DNA from: Squalus acanthias
Lineage: Eukaryota
Assembly (NCBI GenBank): GCA_030390025.1
Contig: CM059447.1
Location: 15,810,001 to 15,874,000 of the forward strand
DNA: 64,000 nucleotides
Direction of reading: 5' to 3'
Shown: positions 26,701 to 39,796 of the stretch, piece by piece
Position numbering within the stretch: the first letter of the stretch is position 1
Layout: each line of letters starts with the position of its first letter
Program-made: the position numbers and the translations under genes
The notes under the pieces: generated by a model
The model's input: only the letters and a program-made list of their open reading frames with translations
Database searches by the model: none
Told to the model about the DNA's origin: nothing

Positions 26701-28774
26701 GAGTTGACCTAATTAGATGGATTGTTAACTGATTCGTGCAGCAGTGAGAATGGGGACCAGTTATCAGTTGTCTAAGTGTTTTATGGACTCAAAAAACATT
26801 ACTCACAAGTGAAAAGCTGCACTCCGTGTTTAAATGGAGCAGACTGTCCAGAAAGGGCTTGGGCAAAAATCCTGTGGACTTGAATGTGGATCCCACTAGC
26901 CAGGTGTACAAATACATGGCGTAGATTAAATTTAAAGGGATTTCAGCTCTTCCTCACAGTTTTCATCAATTTCACTGCTTTTACTGCACTAAAACCAACA
27001 GCTACAACATTTCTTATAACATGCTGAAACAACCGTGAATTTTGTTTTACATTAAAGTGGTATCATCACCCTTTTGAAGAGGCTCAATTCTGGGACAACC
27101 AGAAACTGCTCCAAAAACTCCATTTCCATGTCTGCCATGAGCAGCTGACAGGGACGTTCTTGCTACAGTGGAACGATTGCCATGAGGTTTCACACATGCA
27201 ATCAATATTTTAGAAACTTCAATTTTTTTCAGTCCAGAAATTAAAATGACATTATTTCACTAATTCTGCCTCTTCAGATCTTGTTTGGAAACCTTAAGAA
27301 ATGACAATCCAGCCATTTGACAAGAATAGAGATGCTCCTTATTTCAGATTACTGGCATGTGTACAAAATGGTCGGTAAACCTTTCAGATTACTGTACAAC
27401 TAACAGCGTTCATCTTCTATTCACATTGCTTATGGCTTCTACAGTATATAGCTGCAAATGATCTTAACTTTCATTATTTGGCATCACACTCCATGCTTTT
27501 GGATTACATAAGGCAAAGCTGTGCCAACAGTCAAATGGAGATGTTATCACTGTGTCACTACCAAATGAAATCAGATATTTAATTGCTTAAGATTGTGGGC
27601 CCCAGATTCACTTCAGCAGATGCCAGAATACTGAAAACAAATGATTAGAGATTACACTTGGATCAGGGAGGGGCAAGGTAAGATAAATGCTTCGCTAAAG
27701 ATGGGAGCCAAGACAGGCTCATTCAATTTTTCAGTATACTCTCTTGAAGAGCAGACCCACACCTAACAGTGTGTCGGAAAGTTAAGTTCATTACAAACCA
27801 CCTGAAATTCTTTTCTTTTAGTTACTCTTAACTCCCAGATTACCTGTCACGGTTTGAAAAGCCACCCGTCGGGATATATGGCTGGGTGGAGTGATGGTGC
27901 TATATGCTTGATGTCACTGTGCACTGGGATTTGTGACGCTGAGTAATATGTGGGTTCGTATTTAGGATTCCCCACAGGATGAATTCTTAATCTCAGCGCC
28001 GCCACCACCACCACATTAAAGTGCTACGTGGAGGCCAGATGCGCCCTCACAGGGAGTGGTGCAAAATTGGAGGAGGGGAGTTACCCTGGCCCATATCTGT
28101 GTACCTGCCTTGCGGGAGGCATACTCTTTGTTTGTTACATGAGGAGACTTGGAGAATAGAAAAAGGAGGAGGGGGGGGGGAGAATAAAATACCTTCTTTC
28201 CCCCTCCCCAAAGAATGGAGTCACTGTTTTACAGTTTACCTACAGGTTGCCTATAACAACAACCTAATTTACCTGCAATGAAATATAAGAATTTTATTTC
28301 GAGGCGCCCTGTTTTCACTGCTGATTGGGATGACTTGCTCAGTCAGTATAGCTGACTGACATGCATGTCCTTTAAACAGATCAACATAAAGATATGGGAA
28401 CTTTCTACACTTCATCTGTAGTGGATCAACTTATTCACATCTGCTGCAGACAGATCTATAGATTTTTCACTCCATGTTAACCTGGCCAGTAAAATCTTGC
28501 TGGGCAAAAAAAGTGTACATAGAATGTTTACATGATGTAAGGATATGCTGTCTATTAGACTTGAGATTGTTAAAGATGCATTGACTTGCTGTTCAACTGT
28601 AAATCATGAGTTACTGCATTTTAATGTACTCAGCGTGGATCTGTACCCCGATGAAAATCTCTCTTTTAATGAACGATTTAGGACTGATTTGTGCTTGAAA
28701 CTTTCTGTAAATGGTTTGTAAACAAGCGGCCGCTATCTGTTGAGTACAAGGCTGAACAGATATAACTGGCACAA

Positions 28775-28872
28775 CAACAGAAAACGCTGGAAAAACTCAG
28801 CAGGCCAGGCAACATCCGTGGAGAGAGAAACAGAGTTAACGTTTCAGGTCGAAACCCTTCGTCAGAACTGAG
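28775..28872 (-). mobile_element. Penelope-type terminus carrying a hammerhead motif
   Basis: Near-identical to 35614-35695; hammerhead at 28834-28869. Confidence 0.75.
28834..28869 (-). ncRNA. Minimal type I hammerhead ribozyme motif
   Basis: AGUU CUGACGA A GGGU-UUCG-ACCU GAAAC GUU^ AACU. Stem I 4 bp, UUCG-capped stem II, palindromic ACGU stem III. Confidence 0.65.
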
Positions 28873-29994
28873 AAAAAAGCAGGAAATGAAACAGATAAAA
28901 AAGCAAGGGGGAGGCTGGCTGTCAGATTATTATCAGGTAAATAAGGCTACTCAATGATTGCATTTAACATGCGGGACAATTTATAGTTACAAACATTAAT
29001 TAAAACTTTTAGAAGTTCGCAAACTTAAGACACCTGTCCAGAGTGCGGTGCATAAAGAGAAGTGTTTTGACAAATTTTCTGCATTGGCAACACGTGTCAT
29101 GTGCCCTTCCAGGCTCAGATCCCACCTGGAGGCAAGCTAATAAAACAATGGGGAGCAGAGGGGGGGGATTGTTAAAGGGAACAGAATGTGTGTTGTTACC
29201 AAGGAGACGAGTCACATGATTCCCCCAGGGCTGTGAGTGGATTGAGTCACAGCAGTCTGATATTCAAATACACACTGTGAACTCTTAATCGTCTTATGCA
29301 AAAGAGTGGAACTACTATTGTTGACAGATGTTGAGATTAATATGTATATATATATATAATATATATTTAAAATATATTAATAAAAATAATCAAATGAAAA
29401 TGAGCTCCCATCAGCTGCACTGTGTCCAGCTCAGTTGTCTTGCCCTCTGCCCCCACTCGCGACTGCTCAGAGACTGTTTATGGGAAAGAGAGAGTCCACA
29501 GAGAGAGAAACAGCAGTATTTAAGGGATAACACAGTCTGGAGTGGATTACAAGGCAGTCGTACATCGAGGGGTTGAGATGATGCCACAGAAAAGTGACGG
29601 GGAAGCTCGTCTGGTTTATGAAACCCACCTCAACCTCAAGATATTTTACTGCATTGGAACATATTCCAGATTGTGTTCCTCTGTGTGCTCCATAGAAACT
29701 TCTTCTTGATTCATTATCTTTTCCAGTTCCACCTTTATTCATGCCAGTAGTCATGGAGGACAGTCAGCTTCTGCTTGTGTGGCAGGTAATTAAACTAAAA
29801 GTGATATTGTACCACACAGCTGGGCAAGACGTGACCATGGGGTCTGATTAGTGGGGATATCACAGCATTTGTATTATAAAATGTAGCAATATGTAAAATT
29901 GAAATAAAAAAGATGCATGGTTACCAGACCAATGTGAAATCTATGTTACAACCATAGCTGCTCATAGTAACTGCTGAAGCTTTGGCTAATGGCC

Positions 29995-30314
29995 TGTGCC
30001 CAGCAGCCAATTTGTACACAGCAAGGCCACAAAAAGCAAAGGAATGAATGACCAAATAATCTGGCCATGGCACCAGCAGAATTCCCTGTTCTTCCTTCAA
30101 TTAGTGCATGGCATCTTCAAGTCTACCTGAGCAAGTCAACAGGGCCTTGGGTTAGCATCTCTTCCAAATAAGAACACCTCCAACAGTGCAACACTTTCTC
30201 AGTACTGCAGTGAAGTGCCAGCCTAGAATATATGCTCAAATCTATAGTGGGGCTTGAACCTGTATCCTCTGACCCACAGATGTGAGTGCTACCAACCGAA
30301 GCCAGAAGCTGAAT
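29995..30314 (-). mobile_element. tRNA-derived SINE (SacSINE1/DeuSINE-like), degenerate
   Basis: Homologous to 53233-53661; head with B-box ggttcaagcc. Confidence 0.75.
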
Positions 30315-31462
30315 CAATGCACAAATGGAATGCTAAGATCACGAGTACACCATGGACTAATAAATTATCTACTGCTATTACTTTGATTTTCTCATATAGT
30401 CCAGTTTAGCAACTCCTTTCAACTAGTTCTTTTGGTAGGTCATCAGCATTCACTCCTTGAGGGCAAAATGTCAACAAGCTGATACAGGAAAAAAAACCAA
30501 TCTAAATTATTTCTAAACCTTCTAAAAGGAGTATTGATGTTGAGTATGGTGGCTGTCTTCCAATGCTAATGTTTTCTATTTTTTTTTACACTCCTAATGT
30601 GGAAACTGATTCATATTTAACCCCACATTACTTTTATAAGCTACCATCATCCCAACTGTCATTCGTATAGGATAGACATTGTTAAAATCAGTTTCTACAG
30701 CAAGATGGTAATCAAGGTGTTCGTAATTTCTCAATTTGACCAATTATTTACTTCCTTAAGCTTCACATCATTATTTATTGTCGCTTTCTTATTCAGTATT
30801 ATGCGATTTTAAGTGGATTTAGCACAGGTATTGTTGCGATTAGTACCTTAAATATTAAAATGAATGGCACTGAATTCATTGTACACTCAGAATCTTCAGA
30901 AACTGTGCAGCATTCGTCAGAAACCGACATGAACTCTGCATATCTTCAGAGCAAAATGTTTCAGACCAAATTCAATCTAAACATATTTTACAATGCAAGA
31001 AATAATGACACAATTCTGATCTGTTATGTGTAGAACATGGACTTTATAAGTTGGTGGATCATTAGCAAAGATAGCCCATAAACTTTGCTCTAATGGAACC
31101 TACAGTTGGCTTACCCAAGCATTAGTCAGATCGTCACAGGTGCTTACAGGTAACCAATACGGAAACAAAATCTTACAAGTAACTTGTGTGTAATCTCACC
31201 CCTCCGTGGGTTGTGTATTTAGCATCTTTCGATGACAGAGTGTGCAGCATGAGAGTCACTTCTAGATCAACCCGAGCTATTAGAGATGATAATCAGTTCA
31301 TTTGAATTTATAAAACTGGCCTAAGATTGTTCGAGGTCAGTGCAACATCCTAGAGTTTCGCTTTCAGTGGTATTTTGAGGGTCATATGGAACCTGCCATT
31401 TTACCTCCCATCAGAAGTTCACTGGGGATGAAAAGTAATTCTGGCACCTTTACTTTTCAGCA

Positions 31463-31915
31463 GCTCGCGGAAAAGGAATGAGGGACTTCAGTTATGTGGA
31501 GAGACTAGAGTATCTGGGATTGTTCTTCTTAGAGCAGAGAAGATTAAGGGGAGATTTAATAGAGGTGTTCAAAATTATGAGGGGATTTGATTGAGTAAAG
31601 AGGGAGAAACTGTTTCCACTGGCAGGAGGGTTGGTAACCAGAGGACGCAGATTTAAGGTAATTGTCAAAAGAACCAGAGGGGAGATGAGGAGGTTTTTTT
31701 TTTTTTACACAGCAAGTTGTTATGATCTGGAATGCACTGCCTGAAAAGGTGTTGGAAGCAGATTCAATAGCAACTTTCAAAAGGGAATTGAATGAATACT
31801 TGAAGGGAAAAAAATTGCAGGGCTATGGGGAAAGAATGGACTACTCTTTCAAAGAGCCGGCACGGGCACGATGGGTCGAAAGGCCTCCTTCTGTGCTGCA
31901 TGATTCTATGATCAT
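31463..31915 (+). mobile_element. CR1/HER1-type LINE 3' fragment
   Basis: MIWNALPEKVLEADSIATFKRELNEYLKG; tail tgattctatga. Confidence 0.85.
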
Positions 31916-33652
31916 ACAGGTGACCAAAAGCCTGGTCCAACATGGATGCTGTAGCTTTACACCCATTCACCTCTTGGTAAAGTGCTGCCTTTTGGCTATG
32001 TTGAAGTTAAGTTTAAGGATTATTGTCCACCTAATTTTTGGTACATGTGATTAGTCACATTTTGCGAATTGAAGTCTCAGTTGAAGTACATCTGATTTAT
32101 ACATACTTTGTTTACAAAACACCACGGAGACAAAAGGCTTGACTGACTGTACAAAAATTTATCAGGGTAAACCTACAGTTTTATACCACCATGAAAATAG
32201 TTTCCCCCCAGTTCTTTTTAATTGTTCCTGACACCCTTTTTTTTTTACCACAATGGCACTGATTTACACGCTATTTTCTTTAGATTTTTCAATTCTTCAC
32301 AAAATACAGTCCGAGGATAGTACAGTAATGTGAGCTATTTTCGCAAAAACGGCAATGCTCGAGGTTGAAAAGCCCTGCATACAAAGATCATGAAATGGAG
32401 CCAGTACATTAAAACACTTACTCGGAAAAAGGGTCAAGTCACATCCAAACAAGTCACTACTCCCTGGCTCCTACAATACCAGTGAAAGGCTTAGGTCATG
32501 ATAACTGAACACATATTTGGTGTCAAACAGAAAATTTGTCAAATAGGATTTGACTGTCCTGTCTCTTCAATTACAAAATAGAGTTCCATGGGGAGACATG
32601 ACATTCTTTATGACTTGAGGGGTTTTATACGTGTTCAGCAGCAGAAGGGAGTATGTTGTGATGCATATATCACCCTTCCCCCACTTGGTCCTAAATGAGC
32701 TGCATGAAGCTTCCCTTCCTACCCTCTCTGGGTTTGTCACTTTGCTTTCCAATTACTTTGATGCCAGCAGATGTGAGAAATCAGGGAAGTGTTGACTTCA
32801 TCTATCCCAACAGAGTAATTATCTTTCAGATAACACCTCCCATCGTTCCTACCTACAAATGCAAACCCTGCTGCTTCCGCGATACAGGAACACTGATCTA
32901 AATTGAAGTGCTGATGACAAGGAGTACATGAAGCAAATTGAAATCAGCTTGATCTGAAAATCATCTCACTTCCCTTCCTTTGCCAGTGTCAACACTTGTT
33001 TCCCCCCTTTTTAGATCCCCATTCTCCCTCCACCCGCACCCACCCCCCACCATTCTAACTTGTTTAGCTGGGATAGCACCTTTCTCGATATCCACTGTTA
33101 TTACACTCTTATGATTATTTTACAGTAGACACACTTTTGGAGGGTAGCACTGGTCAGGTGAGATGCACCACTTTGCTGTTGCACATCATTCAAGTTAGTG
33201 GCCTGGCTAATAATCAGCAAAAACTACCAAGTCAGGGCAATCGGTCAGAACGTCAAGCAAGCCTGGAATTTGAACTTCTGACCCTCTGGTCTTAAGCCCA
33301 GTGCTCACCATTGCAGCTACAGGCTGCTACAAACTCTTAAATGTATTTAGCATTAGTTGGCGTTGCTTGATGTTGTGCTGTTGCATAAACTAAATTTGCA
33401 ATAAGGAAAAGAACAGAAGAAAGCATAGAATGAGAAAAGTCCAGTTTGCTTGCCAAACCTTTCCTTGCACAGATCACATGCAATGTGCCTGATCGTGAGT
33501 GACTCCACCCCACCGATTTAATTTCCTCAAGGAAATTGCTCCCAGATCCCCAAAGGTAATCAAGCAGAACTCCAGAATAATGATCCATTCCTGTACCCCC
33601 AAAGTTCAACCTTGATCTGCACAGCACAACCATGCGCATGCATTATTTCATC

Positions 33653-34398
33653 GGGCCGAAAATTGATCCCGGGACGCGAGAGTACGCACTGCATACTCTC
33701 GCGTATTCCCACTCCAATTGCCGGTTTTCTGCATGCCCTGCGCATGCGCTGAAAACCGGCAATTGCTCTTCCGAAAAGGGGGCGTGGCTTGAGTGCATCG
33801 CGTGCGCGCTACAGGCTGCGCGCACGCTGTGCACTTCATGCTTTGGACGCGCAGGTAAGTAGGGAAGATTTTGGAAATGTAAAAAGGAGGAGTAAGACCC
33901 GCTTTTAAGAAGGTAAGTAGTGAATTAAGTATTTTTTTGAATTTTTTTTTTACAGGTATATCTTTTTTATAGACTTTAAAGACAGGTAAGTTTATTTTTA
34001 TAACTTTTTAAAAGATTTTAAATTTTTTCAAAAATTTAATTTTTTATTTAAAATGGTTAATTTAATTAACTATACTTATTTTATTAATGTGATGGTTTTT
34101 TTTTTTAAATTTAATTGAGGTTTAGCTGTTATTTTGGGGGGGTGTAAGATTCATAAGTCTCACAGCTATGCTGTGAGACTTATGAATGGAAGATGGTGTG
34201 CTGCCATTGGCTCTAACTGAGTCACGTGATCCCACAGCTCGCACGAATTAACTACGCCGCTGGGATACGCAAGCCCAGCACAGCTGATGTCTGGAACATC
34301 AAGTTCGTGCGAGCTGGATCAGAAAAAGCATAAGCGAGGTGAGACATCGCGGGGAAGGCTTACCCACGCGGGAACAGAGCGAGATCAATTTCTGGGCC
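33653..34398. mobile_element. Non-autonomous DNA transposon (PIF/Harbinger-like MITE) with internal hairpins
   Basis: TIRs gggccgaaaattgatcccg / cgagatcaatttctgggcc and a 3-bp TSD ATC (33650-33652, 34399-34401). Confidence 0.72.
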
Positions 34399-34593
34399 AT
34401 CATTTCAGTCTTTTGCTATGACTATTATCTCCAATTCTGTCGCTAACTGAATATTTGGCAACTCTATTTTGAGTAAGTTCACTGATACAGTATCAGTCTG
34501 TTGATTTTATTTCTCTCATTAGTGTAGTCCACTCTTCCCTGTTGTATTTGCTTTGTAGTGGTTCTGAAGAAGGTTAATGATATTTGAGCACTT

Positions 34594-34855
34594 CATAGAA
34601 TCATAGAGCACAGAAGGAGGCCATTCCACCCATCATGCTTGTGCTGGCTCTTTAAAAGAGCCACCCTATCAGTCCCGCTCCCCTATTCTTTCCCCATACC
34701 CCGGCATTTTTGTCCTTCAAGTATTTATCCAATTCCTTTTGAAAGTTACTATTGAATCTCCTTCCAATACCCTTTCAGGCAGTACCTTCCATAACAACTC
34801 ACTACGTAAAAATAATTCTCCTCACCACCCCTCTGGTTCTTTTGCCAATTACCTT
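34594..34855 (-). mobile_element. CR1/HER1-type LINE 3' fragment
   Basis: Homologous to 5289-5562; catagaatcataga tail. Confidence 0.8.
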
Positions 34856-35079
34856 GTGGCAGGCTTTATATCTCAGTGTTCAATACCCTTCAATTTAAAA
34901 ACAACTTTTACTACATAATATCCTTATCGAAAGCGATTGCGTTCTTGGGTGTGTTGCTGTTTTTTTGGGTGTGTTGCTGTTATAAAATGTTGGAATGTAG
35001 AAATGGTTTGAATCTTTCCAGTGGAAGATTTGGAATTTATCATGGTGCTGTGAGTGATATATTAACTATGTTGTAGGCA

Positions 35080-35360
35080 GATGGAGCCGTGTGGTTGGAG
35101 TAAAGACCTCGGCGCTGGCTGCGTCCAGTCGCGGTCCAATATCGAAAAGGAGTCTGAAATAGGGATTAGGCCCCCGATTTGCATAGTCAATGGGCATAAC
35201 GCCAGTTTCAGGTGGGCGCTCTGTAAGACTACACTCGGGAAGAGCATGCAGCGCATACCTGGCGCAGAATGTGCGCGCGCGCACACAACATGCCGTATTG
35301 GACCCTTCAGAGCCCATTTTTTGCCTGAAAAACAGACACCGTGCAATCCAATTTCCAGAG
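35080..35360. mobile_element. CpG-rich MITE-like fragment
   Basis: End matches the reverse complement of 6932-6972; contains octamer atttgcat. Confidence 0.45.
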
Positions 35361-35613
35361 TAATGACTTTGTCATTGTGTCAATATGGAGATAATAGACA
35401 CGTCTGTGCAAGATAATGTCGTGACCACCTGAACACTTCACTGTCACCGCAGCAGTAACTCTAGCAAGACTGGTGACAGCCAAGAACCATCCAGTGAAGT
35501 GTGGATCTTCCTTGCTGCTGGTCTAAAGAAATACAGCAGGTTTATGTTGATGTGGCGGCTGCTTGCGTCTGAAACATGCTACAGGAGTCGGCGGCCAAAG
35601 AACAATATAAAGG

Positions 35614-35722
35614 CAGAAAACGCTGGAAAAACTCAGCAGGCCAGGCAGCATCCATGGAGAGAGAAACCGAGTTAACGTTTCAGGTCGAAGACCTTTGATT
35701 TCCAGCATCCGCAGTATTTGGC
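35614..35722 (-). mobile_element. Internally deleted Penelope-type terminus
   Basis: Matches 28775-28860, but the CUGANGA half is replaced by gatttccagcatccgcagtatttg. Confidence 0.7.
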
Positions 35723-36963
35723 TATCGTAACAATATAAAAGCGCCTGGCATTTATAAAATTGCTTGGTTCTTTTTGGAGAATATAAATACATGAATCAAA
35801 ATTTGACCAGTTCAAGTTAAGTCATAGACTGAAGGATAATAAGGAGGACAATAAAGTCTTAAAGCATTTATTTAAAAAAAAGTAAAAACAGGCAACCGAG
35901 CACTATAACCTCTCAGTAGGTGGTAAATTATATCACTTGTTATATATCACTGGTTATGTTCATTTGAAAACTGACCTGAAACTAACATCTAGACTGCTCT
36001 AATTCAGATGCTGCAAGAGTGAACCCTTTGTCCTCACTGGGAGATTTTTGTTGTTGGGGAAAAAAACCTTTTGCTTTGAAGGAAGTTTTATTTCTGCTGA
36101 GGGCAAAAGGGTTCAAGCTCTCCACATAAACTAGGGCTCAGAAACACCAGACTGAATGCAATCAATTACATTTTAATTATTAGGTTTTCACCAAGTCTAT
36201 ACCACTAGAATTCACAAAAGCAGACTTCCTATTCTTATCTCCCCTCGCCGGGGCCAAAGTTCAAAGGCTACTCTATCATACAACTTTCTGGAGCAGGTCT
36301 CCGAGGAGTTCACTCCATTAGCAGGTTGGGCAGAATATTCCAGGTCAGGCTTCTTTGTGCCTCCAATACAAATTACTACTGAAATACAACAAAAAGGAGA
36401 CTATTGTAGCTAGCTGCTTGCTCATCCTGACAGGCTTTCCTTTGGGAAGACAGCAAAGTGCTACACAGAAACACGCTACTCACTCAGTTGGTTAAGGATA
36501 GCCATGCCATCCAGATAAGGTTTTCAATTAGTCATATAAAGCACTTCTACATTAATACCCAGCATGACTACACCAGAGTTCACTCCAGGTAACAGGATTG
36601 ATAAAAGTTCACAGGTACTCCCCTTTACATATTGTCTCACAATTCAAATTACAGGCCACACAGCTAGTATCATCTTAAAGAGCATCAATGCCTATGAGCA
36701 GGTGCCAAAAAGCGCTGTGCTGCTAGTCTATCTCACATGCCAAACCTGAAACACTAAAGGACAGGCAAGAGTTTACACATCCCGCACCTCAGAGAAATAC
36801 TAGCGTAAGGCCACCTCTGAAGAGGTTTGACCTACAGAGCACGCAAGTTAATGCTATGGCTATTAGAACAATGATTTTAATTCTGGAATTGAATCAAACC
36901 GAATTCATTCCCGAATGTTGGAGTCAAAATAAAATGCACAACAGGTTTTACTTTAAACTATAA

Positions 36964-37446
36964 GGCCTAGAAAGTTCGGTGACCGCCTCCTGGGGACAGA
37001 TCTGGGGTAGGGCAGAATTTTCACGCACTCCGTCAACCCTGACCCTGCCCCAAATCCTGGGATCAGGGGCATTAGCACCATTTTCAATGCTAAGTAGAAC
37101 TGGGTGTTTCTGTCGGCCACAAGGTCTATTTAATTGATCGCTCTATGACCCGCTGCTGTAGGAAAACCATCCACTGAAATGTAAAATGTGCCCCGTGTCT
37201 GCCGGGATCAGGTCCTGGCACACGCGGGGGCAAGAAAGGCAGATTGTGCCATCCTGTCACTCGCCTCTTTCTCCGATACCCACACAGAAGGGGCCAGGCA
37301 CACAAATTGCCTGGCCCCACTTCAACGGTACCCTGAACAAGCAAAAGGTGCGTCCACCAGACGTAAGTGCGTCCCACCACATATTAATCAAATGTTTGCC
37401 CAGTTCGCACAATTTTCATGCTTTCACATAAAAGGAATTTCTAGGC
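36964..37446. mobile_element. MITE-like element
   Basis: Terminal gcctagaaagttc / gaatttctaggc inverted repeats with a GC-rich interior; TSD unclear. Confidence 0.5.
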
Positions 37447-39556
37447 AAACGTTTGCCGAGAAGTGGGTTTTGTGCTTTAAGGCCGTGTTGATTGAAGATC
37501 CAGCTCACTAACATCCTTAAGAGCCATTAGAGAATGCTAAAACTTTCACCTCCCATGCCTGATCTGGACTCAACTGCAGATCCGAGAGGTAAAAGTTCAA
37601 TTTCTGACATGTTTGGGGGTTATTTTCTGGTTTTGCGCTACCCAGCCTGGCTTGTTCGCTTGCTCTTGGAGGGAAGGGGATGAACTTAAGGAAACTTATT
37701 TAAAAACTTGATCCCATTCTACGTCAGTTAAAACTTTTCTTCGAATTCTAACTCATTGAGATACAGTTTTCCAAAGCGCATCAGACCCAGATCACAACTG
37801 GAGCAAATCACAATTTCTGTCATTCATAGCCATATTTTTTCAATTCAGTCTGAAAAAAAATGTGATATTGAAATCCTTTTGCCCGTTTTGTAGCCATATG
37901 TTTTCCCCTACATTTAGCCCGATCATATCCATGTTACCTCTGTTGCCTGGGAGATCGAGACATTCCAGCAATCGGATAATCATGGTTTGAACTGCCAGTA
38001 GGTGTGCCAGCATTGCGAAAAGGGATCCCTCCCCAACCAGTTTGATTTCCTATCCCTTCTTACTGTGGCTGCAAAATGCACCCTAAGTAGAAACTCAAGC
38101 CAGCTGAAACTGGGGAGAATAAATTTCCACGGCTCTGGTCCAGAAGTGGAGCCTCGCCAATGGTGATCACAGGTCAGAAAGATAGCGTTACAAAATTGCA
38201 GCCCTATCTCAGATGCTGCGCTCAATCTTACCAAGGCTCTGCAACGGAAGAGGAGCCCCAACAAATGAGGTTGCCTAGCTAAGAGTTGGATGTCGTACAA
38301 CACTAAAATTATCTGCAACTTTTTGGTCCTAATCTTTTAATAAGGTGGCTATGACCAAGTGTAATGAACACCAATGAGACTGTCAAAAATTACCTTTGTA
38401 CTTGGCAAACAGACGTTTCAGAATTTCCTGATTCAAAATATTGTGAAAATAATCTCAAAGTGATCCCAAGAGTTGTAAACCACTATCTGTTGGAAGCTCT
38501 TTCAGAATCTCAAGCAAGATTGCATTTATTGACAATAAAAAAAAAGTCATTAGTCACTGAGATTCTGTGGTCTTATGCTTACTGAGGTTTGTTTTCCCTA
38601 AACTATTACTTTTGACAAAGTCTCCTACTGGGAAACTAAACCATTTGTTCAGCTTTAATGTGATTGGCCGTTTTGTACAAATTGAACTACCTTCATTGAA
38701 TCAGTAAGTTTGATACATTGCATACACCAATCACATTACTGACTAGCTTTAAGGAATTATGCAAATAAGCCCGCTGGGTGGTGGGGGGGTGGGTGGGAAG
38801 AGAGGCAATTTGTACCAGAAAAGGTCCAATTACAGAGGGTCTTCCAGTGTGGGAATGCCATCCCTGCGCAGATAATGAATGATAATGAGTCCTTGTGATA
38901 ATGAGCACTACCACAGCGTAACCAATGGCTTTATCTTCTGCAGTGCTGGGGGCTTTATGCAAGATTGGTCACTGTTTCCAAGTTGCATTATCTAGCAGTG
39001 TGATGAGTGTGCCAATAGCACACTGGACACATCTTTCACTCCCGAAAGAGTGAAAGACTTTTTTTTTTAAAGTTTGTAGCACCTTAGCTTCTAAATATTT
39101 GTTCTCAAATAAAGCTCCATATTTTAGATTGCGTGTGTTCAAAGCTTCCATCGCAGTGAGAGGTGCAAAAGTGCAAAAATTAATTCGCTATTACGATGAG
39201 ATTAATGACAATAACTTGTGACAAAATTACTGCAGGTAATATTATATTTATCAGTAGTTCTCAGCAAGCTGGAATAAAAGTCATAGCTGTTAAATAATCA
39301 TGTGTTTTGGGGATGACCTGATCAATGGACTTCCAGCTTCAAGGGCTGCAAATACAAATACCAGCCGCCACCAAGGACAGTTTAAATTCACTCTCCTGCA
39401 GCGGGTTAAGTTTTCTCCTGTTCTCTCTCAGATTAGTTACTGGAAAGCTGTGCGGCAAAATTAGTGTTATTTCTCTAGTCAGGTGGTATCCTTGCTGCTG
39501 AACAAGATAAATGAGGGTTCAGCTCTTGGTCCGAGCTGAAAATCTGTAAACCTCAA

Positions 39557-39796
39557 CACAACAACAACTACTTGTATTTATATAGCACCTTTAACGTAGT
39601 AAAACGTCCCAAGGCGCTTCACAGGAGCGATTAGCAAACAAAATTTGACACCAAGCCACATAAGGAAACATTAGGACAGGTGACAAACAGCTTGGTCAAA
39701 GAGGTAGGTTTTAAGGAGCATCTTAAAGGAGGAAAGAGAGGTAGAGACGCGGAGAGGTTTGGGGAGGGAATTCCAGAGCTTAGGGCCGAGGCAGCT
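39557..39796 (-). mobile_element. L2-clade LINE 3' fragment
   Basis: Homologous to 9690-9898. Confidence 0.8.

Noticed and set aside
34560-34575. gttctgaagaagg as another hammerhead
   Set aside because: No stem II or GAAA half follows.
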